From NCBI GenBank assembly GCA_964426845.1, contig CAYRSA010000002.1:34495-98494 (forward strand): a DNA stretch of 64,000 nucleotides, in the 5' to 3' direction. The stretch comes from an uncultured Candidatus Saccharibacteria bacterium (lineage in GTDB: Bacteria > Patescibacteriota > Saccharimonadia > Saccharimonadales > JAGQNJ01). The translations under genes and the position numbers were made by a program. Below, piece after piece: positions 29,145 through 36,864 of the stretch; within the stretch, counting starts at the first letter, position 1; every line of letters starts with the position of its first letter. The notes under the pieces are model-generated. The model was given only the letters and a program-made list of their open reading frames with translations, did no database searches and was not told the origin of the DNA.

Positions 29145-29191
29145 TTACTCTTTATTATAGGAGTTGCGCCGCCATTTGGCCACGCTAAAGT

Positions 29192-31063
29192 TTAGTACAA
29201 TGCGGCGGTTTTCGGCATGCGTGAGCCTTTGAGGATTTCCAGGACTTCCTCAGCTTCGACGGTTTCTTTCTTAATCAGTGCGTCTTTTAGAGCTTCCAGA
29301 GTCGTGCGGTTAGCCTTGATGACCTCACGAGCCCGACGAGCAGCTTCGGAGATCAATGACTCAATCTCGTCATCAATGATCTTGGCTGTGTCTTCGGAAT
29401 ATTGGCGCTCGTGCATTAGTTTATCCATCATAATGCCTTCATCGCTGTGAAAGACTTGGTCGCGCAACTTCTTACCCATGCCCTGTTCAGTGACCATATC
29501 GCGGGCCAGCTCGGCGGCTTTTTGCAGGTCGCTGCCGGCACCGGTGGTTACTCGATCCGGACCATAGATAACCTCCTCGGCTACTCGTCCGCCCAGCATT
29601 CGGGCCAGCACATCTTTGAACTCAATAATACTGTGGTAGCTCTTATCTTCTGGCGGAATGAACCAAGTTACGCCGCCTGTGCCACCACGGGGAATAATAG
29701 TCACCTTGTGTACCATATCGCTGTCTGGCAAGACGTGGCCGACAATAGCGTGGCCAGCTTCGTGGTAAGCCGTCAGTTCCTTCTCGTGTTGGCTCATCAC
29801 TTTCGATTTGCGCTCTGGTCCAATGGCTACTTTTTCGAAAGCTTCGGTTATGTCGTGCTGGCTTATTTCCTTGCGGTTGTGCCGGGCCGCAATAATGGCC
29901 GCCTCGTTGATAATATTCGCTAGATCCGCGCCCGATGTGCCGGCCGTTTTGGCCGCCAGCGCGTCTAGGTCAACTGATTTAGCAAAAGGCTTCTTGGCGG
30001 CGTGGACATTCAAAATTGCTTCGCGGTCCTTACGGTCTGGCAGGCCAATGTTAACCCGGCGGTCAAAACGACCAGGGCGGAGCAGGGCAGGGTCCAGCAC
30101 GTCAGCTCGGTTGGTGGCGGCCAGCACAATCACATTAACGCCTTGTTCAAAGCCGTCCATTTCTACCAAAATCTGATTCAAAGTCTGTTCGCGTTCATCG
30201 TGGCCACCGCCCATGCCCGAGCCGCGTTTGCGACCGACAGCGTCAATCTCATCGACGAAAATAATGCACGGTGCATTCTTCTTGGCCTTAGCGAACAAAT
30301 CACGAACACGAGAGGCACCGACACCGACAAACATTTCTACGAACTCTGATCCGGAAATACTGAAAAATGGCACACCGGCTTCCCCGGCTACAGCCCGAGC
30401 CAACATAGTCTTACCAGTTCCCGGTGGCCCTACTAGTAATACGCCCTTAGGAATCTTGGCTCCAACTGACTCGAACTTCTTCGGGAACTTCAAAAACTCC
30501 ACAACTTCTTCTAGGTCTTGTTTGGCCTCTTCGGTACCAGCGATATCTTTGAAAACCACCTTGTCCTTCTCGTTGCCATATAACCGAGCCTTAGACTTGC
30601 CAAAACTCATAGCCTGATTACCTTGGCCCTGAGCACTACGAAGCATAAAGAATAAGAATCCAGCGATGAAAATGACTGGAATTACTGATATGCCGACGTT
30701 CAACCAGGTGTTGCTACTGTTGCTGACTGGCTTGTTGATAATCTCAACCTCTTTGTTAGTCAGACCTTGCTCATAGATGCTAGAGCCAGTTTCTTTGCGC
30801 GATTCTTCGGAGGCTACGTCCTCGCCCTTTTTAGTGACAGTCAATTCGTCGCCGGTGATAACAATAGTCTTAACTTCGCCACGGTTGGCTCGGTTAACCA
30901 CATCGTTGAAAGGAACTTCCTTGAGGGTGCTAGGCTTCTGGTAAGCCGCATAGCCAACCAGGCCGATTAACACAATCAGAGCTATAAAGCCAAAGTTCCG
31001 GAAGCCCCGCCGCTTGGCATAGTCATTGGGTTTCTTGTTCTTGTTAAACGGCTTGTTATCCAT
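29192..31063 (-). CDS. ftsH: ATP-dependent zinc metalloprotease FtsH
   Basis: Two TM helices, AAA+ motif GPPGTGKT, second region of homology (SRH), and the HEAGH zinc site. Confidence 0.98.
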   Translation of the reverse strand: MDNKPFNKNKKPNDYAKRRGFRNFGFIALIVLIGLVGYAAYQKPSTLKEVPFNDVVNRANRGEVKTIVITGDELTVTKKGEDVASEESRKETGSSIYEQGLTNKEVEIINKPVSNSSNTWLNVGISVIPVIFIAGFLFFMLRSAQGQGNQAMSFGKSKARLYGNEKDKVVFKDIAGTEEAKQDLEEVVEFLKFPKKFESVGAKIPKGVLLVGPPGTGKTMLARAVAGEAGVPFFSISGSEFVEMFVGVGASRVRDLFAKAKKNAPCIIFVDEIDAVGRKRGSGMGGGHDEREQTLNQILVEMDGFEQGVNVIVLAATNRADVLDPALLRPGRFDRRVNIGLPDRKDREAILNVHAAKKPFAKSVDLDALAAKTAGTSGADLANIINEAAIIAARHNRKEISQHDITEAFEKVAIGPERKSKVMSQHEKELTAYHEAGHAIVGHVLPDSDMVHKVTIIPRGGTGGVTWFIPPEDKSYHSIIEFKDVLARMLGGRVAEEVIYGPDRVTTGAGSDLQKAAELARDMVTEQGMGKKLRDQVFHSDEGIMMDKLMHERQYSEDTAKIIDDEIESLISEAARRAREVIKANRTTLEALKDALIKKETVEAEEVLEILKGSRMPKTAALY

Positions 31064-31110
31064 ACAAGTGCCTATTATACGAAAGAGACGACCAGTTTAC
31101 CAGAGGTGTT

Positions 31111-32403
31111 TTATTTAGTAACACCTTCAAGCTTTCTAATAACAGCTCCTGACAATATTTCGTTTCTGCGAATAAGTGCCAGGAGTGGAACTTGAGCTGC
31201 TTGAATTTGTTGTCTTCTAGCATTTTCTACATCTGTGTAGCCTTTTTCTTGTGGCCAAATATCTGGGTCAGCTCGTAAATCAGTGTCTAGCAGGGCGACC
31301 GCTAGCAAGCCAACCAGATTTGACCCCAAGACATCAACGTCGTCGCCTGTCGTATCTGTAAGCTGGGTGCGCCTAGCGTCGAATCCTCTATCGGATTCAA
31401 TTTCACCCGGTCTTGTCGAAGTCCATTCCAAGTAAGGCACTACCCTTGGGTAGGCATGACTAAGTTTTTCGATTGTGGCCGGAACAATAATTTTCCGCCG
31501 TCCTACTACCATCAACTCAGCAGCAAATGCTCCGCCTCTCGATGTTATTAGTTGCCTTTCTTCGTAGGCTCTTTGAAGATTCTCAGAATTTACATGGGTG
31601 CCATCCACATAGAACCTTTCTCCGTCGTCTTTGGTGTAGCCCGGAAAAGCCTCCACATATCTTTCGAAGATTCTTTCCCGCTCGTCTTCGTCAAGCGTTT
31701 CAAAATACTCTGCAATGCCACGCGATCGACGTCCCGTGCCCCATTGAGTAAATAGATCGTAGGCATTTTCTGGCTTCCCCGGCATGTTCCTCCGCTTGCC
31801 CATATTTTTTCGAACAAAACTAACCACAAAATCTCGGAAATCTGGCAAGGTGGGTTCTCCAGCAAACAAGCCTTCTAACTGAGCGAGGGGTAGGCGGGAA
31901 TACTGGTTTTGCCACTTGGCTCGGAGTTGCGGTACACCCAATGTCACGTTCCGCTCTAAGGCTTGGTTCTCAACATGATCGTAAAAACGTGGGGTTTCCT
32001 CCTCCTCTTGCATAACTCGAATAAACATATCTGCTTGGTCAACAAAGTCAACCCAGTCGTCACCGAAGGCATTGGTGTGACGTCTATATAGAGTTCCCCC
32101 TGGACGCCTAGTCTCCTCCCAATCAGCAATCGTGCCAATCATACTACCTTCACGACCCGGAGCCACATCATTAAGAAATCCCAGAAAACGCCTTCTGCGC
32201 ATTGGCTCAATATCAAAATATGCGCTAAAGCGGGCTGACTCGGCTTCATCACATTGCACGCGTAACAGAATATCTGCTTCCGCTAAGCCTACTTTGTCAC
32301 TTTCCAGTGCTGTTTGCCCTAATAGTTCGGCTGCGTTAACAACATGAAAGTTAAATTCCGGTATTTGTCCCATCGCCTCTAGTTTTTCTCTGTCGGCAGC
32401 CAT
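31111..32403 (-). CDS. hypothetical cytoplasmic protein (430 aa) between tilS and ftsH
   Basis: Long ORF tightly packed in the operon. No PRPP-binding motif or other recognisable motif. Confidence 0.6.
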   Translation of the reverse strand: MAADREKLEAMGQIPEFNFHVVNAAELLGQTALESDKVGLAEADILLRVQCDEAESARFSAYFDIEPMRRRRFLGFLNDVAPGREGSMIGTIADWEETRRPGGTLYRRHTNAFGDDWVDFVDQADMFIRVMQEEEETPRFYDHVENQALERNVTLGVPQLRAKWQNQYSRLPLAQLEGLFAGEPTLPDFRDFVVSFVRKNMGKRRNMPGKPENAYDLFTQWGTGRRSRGIAEYFETLDEDERERIFERYVEAFPGYTKDDGERFYVDGTHVNSENLQRAYEERQLITSRGGAFAAELMVVGRRKIIVPATIEKLSHAYPRVVPYLEWTSTRPGEIESDRGFDARRTQLTDTTGDDVDVLGSNLVGLLAVALLDTDLRADPDIWPQEKGYTDVENARRQQIQAAQVPLLALIRRNEILSGAVIRKLEGVTK

Positions 32404-32414
32404 AATTCAGAAAA

Positions 32415-33347
32415 CTATACACTGTTAATCGCTATTTTGGTAGGCTCAATACACACAAACTTCTGGCCCAAGCTGATTTTTTTGCCCGGTGGCAAGGTTT
32501 TGACCGCCACCACTAGTTGGTCAATCAGCCGACGATCGATTTCCTGCACCTCGTTTTCTCTAAGCCAAGCCGCCATCACTTCTGAAGACACATAGTAGGG
32601 GAGAGCGATAAACTTCTTGCGATCTATACCCTGCCCGATTCGCAAATCTTGTAGTTGAGCCCTCACAGCCTCGTCCAACACCTGGTTTCGGACCTTAGCC
32701 GCGGAATATGACTCAGTCAGTTCCCTCTTCTGCTTTTTACTCAACCGGGGGAGTAGCTTCCGCCTAATCCAGTTGCGGGTGTACTTTTCGTCAGCGTTAG
32801 TACTGTCCTCCCGCCACAGCAAGTTATTAGCCCTGGCGTACTCGTAAATGTCCTTTTTGGTATAGCCCAGCAGCGGCCGAATAATACCGTCAGTTGATTG
32901 TAGGGATGACATCCCTTTCCGCCTGGTACCTCTAAGGACATTGAAAGCCAAAGTTTCAACCGCATCATCTTGATGATGAGCTAAAATCACCCCAGTTGCA
33001 TTATGCTTATTGCGAATCTGTTGCAGAAATTCATGGCGCGCTTGCCGGGCCGCATCTTCACTAACACCGGAACCCAGCTTTCCCTCTTTAAATTCATACT
33101 TTAGTCCATGTTTCTGAGATAAAGTCGCAACTAATTGTTGGTCCTCTGTTGAGTCGTCACGGATCCCGTGATCAAAATGTGCCACCACCAGTTCCAGCTC
33201 CGGTTGTTTCACCAACAAATCCAGCAACACCACCGAATCCACGCCACCCGACACGGCTACCACATACTTGCCAGGCGGCAAGGCCAAGTTCTTAGATGAC
33301 AAATTACTCATATTACCGCTTATTGTATCAGCCGTCTTGTTGGGCAA
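32415..33347 (-). CDS. tilS: tRNA(Ile)-lysidine synthase TilS
   Basis: PP-loop VAVSGGVDS and HFDHG.R. An ATG at 33311 is an alternative start. Confidence 0.9.
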   Translation of the reverse strand: MPNKTADTISGNMSNLSSKNLALPPGKYVVAVSGGVDSVVLLDLLVKQPELELVVAHFDHGIRDDSTEDQQLVATLSQKHGLKYEFKEGKLGSGVSEDAARQARHEFLQQIRNKHNATGVILAHHQDDAVETLAFNVLRGTRRKGMSSLQSTDGIIRPLLGYTKKDIYEYARANNLLWREDSTNADEKYTRNWIRRKLLPRLSKKQKRELTESYSAAKVRNQVLDEAVRAQLQDLRIGQGIDRKKFIALPYYVSSEVMAAWLRENEVQEIDRRLIDQLVVAVKTLPPGKKISLGQKFVCIEPTKIAINSV

Positions 33348-34479
33348 ACCTCAGCGCATAAGGATGTCTTAGTTGTCTTTCCCGTGGCTCGAGCCTGCGC
33401 AGTGAGTACTGGCCAAACCCGGTACGAGCGTGGGCTTCTCTAAGCGACTTCTTTTTGGCAATAATTTCTTCGGCTGTAGCCCTTCGGAAACGACCGGTAG
33501 GCTTCATCTTCATAGACTCCTCATCCCAGACTGATACTTCTACTTTCTGCTCTTCAGCACCAAGCCGATTGATGGCCTTGGTAGTTTCAGACTTTTTAGT
33601 CTGCAATTCATTCGCCTGAAAAGAGAACATCATGTCGTTAAGAGCAGTCTCAATCATTACAACCGTATCGCGAACTTCTTCTTCGTCCATATCCCTCAGC
33701 GACTTGCGGCCACCGGCGTGGTCAGTCTCTTCAATAAGACCCTGTACCCCCTTGCGGCTAGCACGAAGTTGCATGGTGAGCGATCCTGCACTAGGCGTAG
33801 ATACTGCGTACTGCCAAACAAATTCTTTATCATCCCCATCTCGACCCTCAATGCCCAGAGCCAGAGTATGAGCCAAAGGTTGCTCAATTTCTGCTTTATC
33901 TTCAACATCGTAATGCTCGCCAGTTGAGCCGTCTACGTAAAATTGCCGAAGACTTGACGTGTCGTGGACCAACAGATCGCCGTACTCTCTTATTACATAC
34001 TCTCCCAGAAAGTACGCACACTTGGCCGCTTCCAATTCAGCATTCAAGTCAGATTCAAACTGAGCATGTTCCTCATCACTAGCCTCAGTGTACAGGCCGT
34101 ACGTATCTTCTGATAGTTCGGCAGGCCCGGTTTCAGCCGTAGTCGGACCGGTCAGAAGGCCAAAGCCGTTATATCCAAAGACCACGTACCGGTCTTCCAC
34201 CGGAACGTTCAGGACTCGACCGCCCACTTCTTCTTGTACAACGCCCTCTCCGGGTATTACACGGCTCAAATACTTACAACTATCATCGAATGCCTGGGAA
34301 ACAAGATAAAGACTGCCGTTTAGGTGTATAGAGCCCAGCGAATGCTCAGCCGCAAAGCTATCAGCCAGCTCAAGCCTTCGGCTAATACGATCAGCTGAGG
34401 CCTCGTTATCTAAAGGGTTTAAAAAAGGAGCTTCAAAAGCTCCGTCGATTCGATTTGGCCCAGCATACTGCATAGTCAT
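33328..34479 (-). CDS. hypothetical acidic protein (383 aa)
   Basis: Long ORF and first gene of the tilS-ftsH string. TATAAT sits 11 nt upstream of the ATG. Confidence 0.6.
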   Translation of the reverse strand: MTMQYAGPNRIDGAFEAPFLNPLDNEASADRISRRLELADSFAAEHSLGSIHLNGSLYLVSQAFDDSCKYLSRVIPGEGVVQEEVGGRVLNVPVEDRYVVFGYNGFGLLTGPTTAETGPAELSEDTYGLYTEASDEEHAQFESDLNAELEAAKCAYFLGEYVIREYGDLLVHDTSSLRQFYVDGSTGEHYDVEDKAEIEQPLAHTLALGIEGRDGDDKEFVWQYAVSTPSAGSLTMQLRASRKGVQGLIEETDHAGGRKSLRDMDEEEVRDTVVMIETALNDMMFSFQANELQTKKSETTKAINRLGAEEQKVEVSVWDEESMKMKPTGRFRRATAEEIIAKKKSLREAHARTGFGQYSLRRLEPRERQLRHPYALRFAQQDG

Positions 34480-34527
34480 ACTGAGACTTAATTATAACAG
34501 CCAAGCATAAGCATGCGCAAATAAAAA

Positions 34528-34604
34528 TGGTGTCGGTGGTTGGAATTGAACCAACGACCTCAGGCTTATGAGTCCTGCGCTCTAACCAACTGAGCTACAC
34601 CGAC
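34528..34604 (-). tRNA. tRNA with anticodon CAU, probably elongator tRNA-Met, CCA encoded
   Basis: The reverse complement folds as GTCGGTG-TA-GCTC-AGTTGGTTA-GAGC-G-CAGGA-CTCATAA-GCCTG-AGGTC-GTTGG-TTCAATT-CCAAC-CACCGAC-A-CCA. The G1-C72 pair rules out an initiator. Confidence 0.85.
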
Positions 34605-34653
34605 GACAAGGGGCAATATACCACGTTTGGCCCCTGTAATGCTAGCCAAATAT

Positions 34654-34683
34654 AAAACAGAGGCCCTCGCAAAGCCTCTGTTT
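34654..34683 (-). terminator. intrinsic terminator of the small KGG gene
   Basis: cagaggc/gcctctg stem flanked by A and T runs, so it could be bidirectional. Confidence 0.6.
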
Positions 34684-34709
34684 ATGTCTGATTGGGGCTA
34701 GCCTCGGGT

Positions 34710-34853
34710 TTAGCTTTGCCCACCCCTCCGGCCAGCTTCGCGGGCCCTGTCAGGATTGTGTTTGAAATTGCCACCGCTGGCTCTACCACCCATAGCTGCA
34801 ATCTTCTTAACTTTATCCTTGTTCATTGATGCGAATCCTCGCTTACCTGCCAT
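34710..34853 (-). CDS. KGG-repeat general stress protein (47 aa, below the ORF-track size cutoff)
   Basis: Translates to MAGKRGFASMNKDKVKKIAAMGGRASGGNFKHNPDRAREAGRRGGQS. A GGAG RBS sits 6 nt upstream and a terminator lies downstream. Confidence 0.75.
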   Translation of the reverse strand: MAGKRGFASMNKDKVKKIAAMGGRASGGNFKHNPDRAREAGRRGGQS

Positions 34854-34857
34854 ATGC

Positions 34858-34901
34858 TCTCCTTCTGGTTACGTTAGCCTGGTAATAGTAACCGGAGGGA
34901 G
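34858..34901 (-). promoter_or_regulatory. 5'-UTR hairpin occluding the RBS of the KGG gene
   Basis: On the mRNA, CUCCCUCCGGUUAC pairs with GUAACCAGAAGGAG (12 of 14 bp, two C.A mismatches, 16-nt loop). The 3' arm contains the SD sequence. Confidence 0.5.
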
Positions 34902-35103
34902 CGCATACGCGCTGTAAGGAAATTAACTAAGTATAACTTTGTCGAGCTCTAAAATCCGCTGATCGGTAGTCTCGCTGGTTTCGTAATCTAGTTCTAACAT
35001 TTTGCTTACTGCCCTTTTGTTGTTTTTGTTATCGATTTAACGATACTTAGTATTATACATGATTTTGCATAAATTGCAAGTACTTTACATTGAGAGTTAG
35101 TGT

Positions 35104-35133
35104 TTGACACAGACTACCCCTGTTTGCTAAGAT
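35104..35133 (+). promoter_or_regulatory. promoter of initiator tRNA
   Basis: TTGACA, an 18-nt spacer, and TGcTAAGAT (extended -10). Confidence 0.5.
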
Positions 35134-35158
35134 ATGGACTGCTCTTAGGCGGCACTAT

Positions 35159-35233
35159 CGCGGGGTGGAGCAGCGGCAGCTCGCGTGGCTCATAACCACG
35201 AGGTCGCAGGTTCGAGTCCTGCCCCCGCAACCA
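35159..35233 (+). tRNA. initiator tRNA-fMet (CAU), CCA encoded
   Basis: CGCGGGG...CCCCGCA-A-CCA acceptor with the C1xA72 mismatch, identical to the E. coli initiator acceptor stem. Anticodon loop is CTCATAA. Confidence 0.92.
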
Positions 35234-35247
35234 AGCATAAGCGTAAT

Positions 35248-35272
35248 GACTCCAAGAGATTGGAGTCTTTTT
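35248..35272 (+). terminator. intrinsic terminator after tRNA-fMet
   Basis: gactcca-agagat-tggagtc followed by TTTTT. Confidence 0.7.
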
Positions 35273-35333
35273 CATTGGTCGACTTCTTCTACCGTAACCG
35301 ATATAATGTCTACCTAAATAGGTGTGATAACGC

Positions 35334-36743
35334 ATGGTTAGCTTTCCCAAAATGAAAAAACTTTTCTCGGCACTACTAGCAATTTGTTTCTTGGTCTTGC
35401 CGCTACTGGCGGCAATGCCTGTGTCAGCAGCTACTACAGTAGCCATTACTTCACCGACCAGTGGAGCTAGTGTTAGTGGTAGTTCATTTACGGTTACTGG
35501 TACAGCCACAGCAGCTAGGAATATTAGCGTCAAGGTGAATGGTGCGGTAGTTGGAACAACTACTTCGGATGGCGGTGGTAACTGGAGCCTGGATGTCACA
35601 GGACAGAGCCCGGGGGTTAAAACAATTGAAGCGACAGCTAGTTACCGGCAATTGTATGTAAACAGCTTAAACGTTGGATCTTTTTCAGATTCAGTTATGA
35701 CCAAAATCAATCCCGTCAATAACCAAACGGAAGGTACTTTCTCGTTGTTAAGTGGTGGTACTGCGCCGCTCTTCTGGAAGCCTAACACGACCTTTACCAA
35801 AGCCTATGGTGCAGCCGGCCCTTTGGGCTCTCCGTTGGTATATGTAATAGATTTGGTCAACGAAACTACCTCAAGCTTCACTATGGCTGGCACTAGTCCA
35901 AACCCTTCCGGCATTGCTTACAATGCTGACGAAACCAAGGTCTATATACCGGATGCAGACGGAAATAATGATGTTGTCCATGTATACAACACCACAACCA
36001 ATGCTGAAATTGGGTCGGGAATAGCAGTTGGTGATGTGGCAGCTTCCCCCGCTTGGCGACCCGGCACCAATGAAATCTGGGTACCGAATCAAGGGGACAG
36101 CACTATCTCAGTAATCAATACTGTTACAGATACTGTAGTTGACACCTATGCTCTTGGTGGCCCAGCCGGCTGTGTTTTCTTTAATGACGATGGCTCCAAA
36201 GCATATGCTGGTCAATGCGGGACGGGCAATACTATTTATGAAATTGACGGAGCTACTGGCACAACAACCGATACATTAGTGGCTAGCGGCACAATTGGCT
36301 ACTTACCAGCAATAAACCACGCAGGGACTAGGCTGTACTTTCCTATTGTTGGCTTAGGCGATAATAGTGTCGATGTGTTTGACACCTCAGGTGGTACCCT
36401 CTTACAGACTATTGCTGTAGGACCTTCTCCGATAGGCGTAATAATTTCTGATGACGATAGCAAGCTTTATGTAACCAACGCCAATGGTGCTGGGGGCTTT
36501 AACGGTACAACTATATCAGTAGTTGATACCTCTAATAACACGGTTATCAACACAATTACCGTAGCCATAGCCCCTGCCGTAGGCTATTTTAAACCCCTGG
36601 AGTCGGCGAGTACATCAATATCGTTCACCCTAAGTGGCTTAGCCGATACGGGACAAAACCAAGTCAATTACATGTGGCTTGGCGTAGCACTAATCGGAGC
36701 ATCCGCGCTAATTATTGTCCGCCAACGATATAGCTCTAGATAG
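35334..36743 (+). CDS. cell-wall-anchored surface protein: Ig-like domain plus YVTN-type beta-propeller repeats plus an LADTG sorting signal
   Basis: Signal peptide (an ATG at 35352 is an alternative start); SGASVSGSSFTVTGTA Ig-like segment; repeated ..YV.N.....ISVI(D/N)T units; C-terminal LADTG, hydrophobic helix and RQRYSSR tail. Confidence 0.85.
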   Translation: MVSFPKMKKLFSALLAICFLVLPLLAAMPVSAATTVAITSPTSGASVSGSSFTVTGTATAARNISVKVNGAVVGTTTSDGGGNWSLDVTGQSPGVKTIEATASYRQLYVNSLNVGSFSDSVMTKINPVNNQTEGTFSLLSGGTAPLFWKPNTTFTKAYGAAGPLGSPLVYVIDLVNETTSSFTMAGTSPNPSGIAYNADETKVYIPDADGNNDVVHVYNTTTNAEIGSGIAVGDVAASPAWRPGTNEIWVPNQGDSTISVINTVTDTVVDTYALGGPAGCVFFNDDGSKAYAGQCGTGNTIYEIDGATGTTTDTLVASGTIGYLPAINHAGTRLYFPIVGLGDNSVDVFDTSGGTLLQTIAVGPSPIGVIISDDDSKLYVTNANGAGGFNGTTISVVDTSNNTVINTITVAIAPAVGYFKPLESASTSISFTLSGLADTGQNQVNYMWLGVALIGASALIIVRQRYSSR

Positions 36744-36787
36744 ATTTCGTTCCAATTCGACTGCACGTGCGCAAACATAAGCACTTT

Positions 36788-36813
36788 GACCTCTTTAACT
36801 AGAGGTCTTTTTT
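36788..36813 (+). terminator. intrinsic terminator
   Basis: gacctct-ttaact-agaggtc followed by TTTTTT. Confidence 0.75.
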
Positions 36814-36864
36814 ATGGTTTACTTTTACCGTTAGAGGTATAATGATTTGTAATGTATAAGGTTA

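Noticed and set aside
20088-31063. Numerous 60-160 aa ORFs antisense to dnaK, lepA, murJ and ftsH in the track
   Set aside because: All are nested inside confidently identified genes on the other strand. They are typical shadow ORFs of biased-composition coding DNA.
31111-34479. Possible paralogy of the two unknown proteins flanking tilS (shared FYVDG(T/S) pentapeptide)
   Set aside because: This is a single 5-6 residue match with no extended collinear similarity visible by eye.
34499-34512. The 12-mer CCAAGCATAAGC shared next to two tRNA genes (34501 and 35231)
   Set aside because: Exact matches of this length are expected by chance many times in 64 kb. The two copies have different orientations relative to their tRNAs.
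35114-35599. 161-aa minus-strand ORF in the track
   Set aside because: It runs antisense through the initiator tRNA, its terminator, and the signal-peptide region of the 35334 surface protein, so it is spurious.
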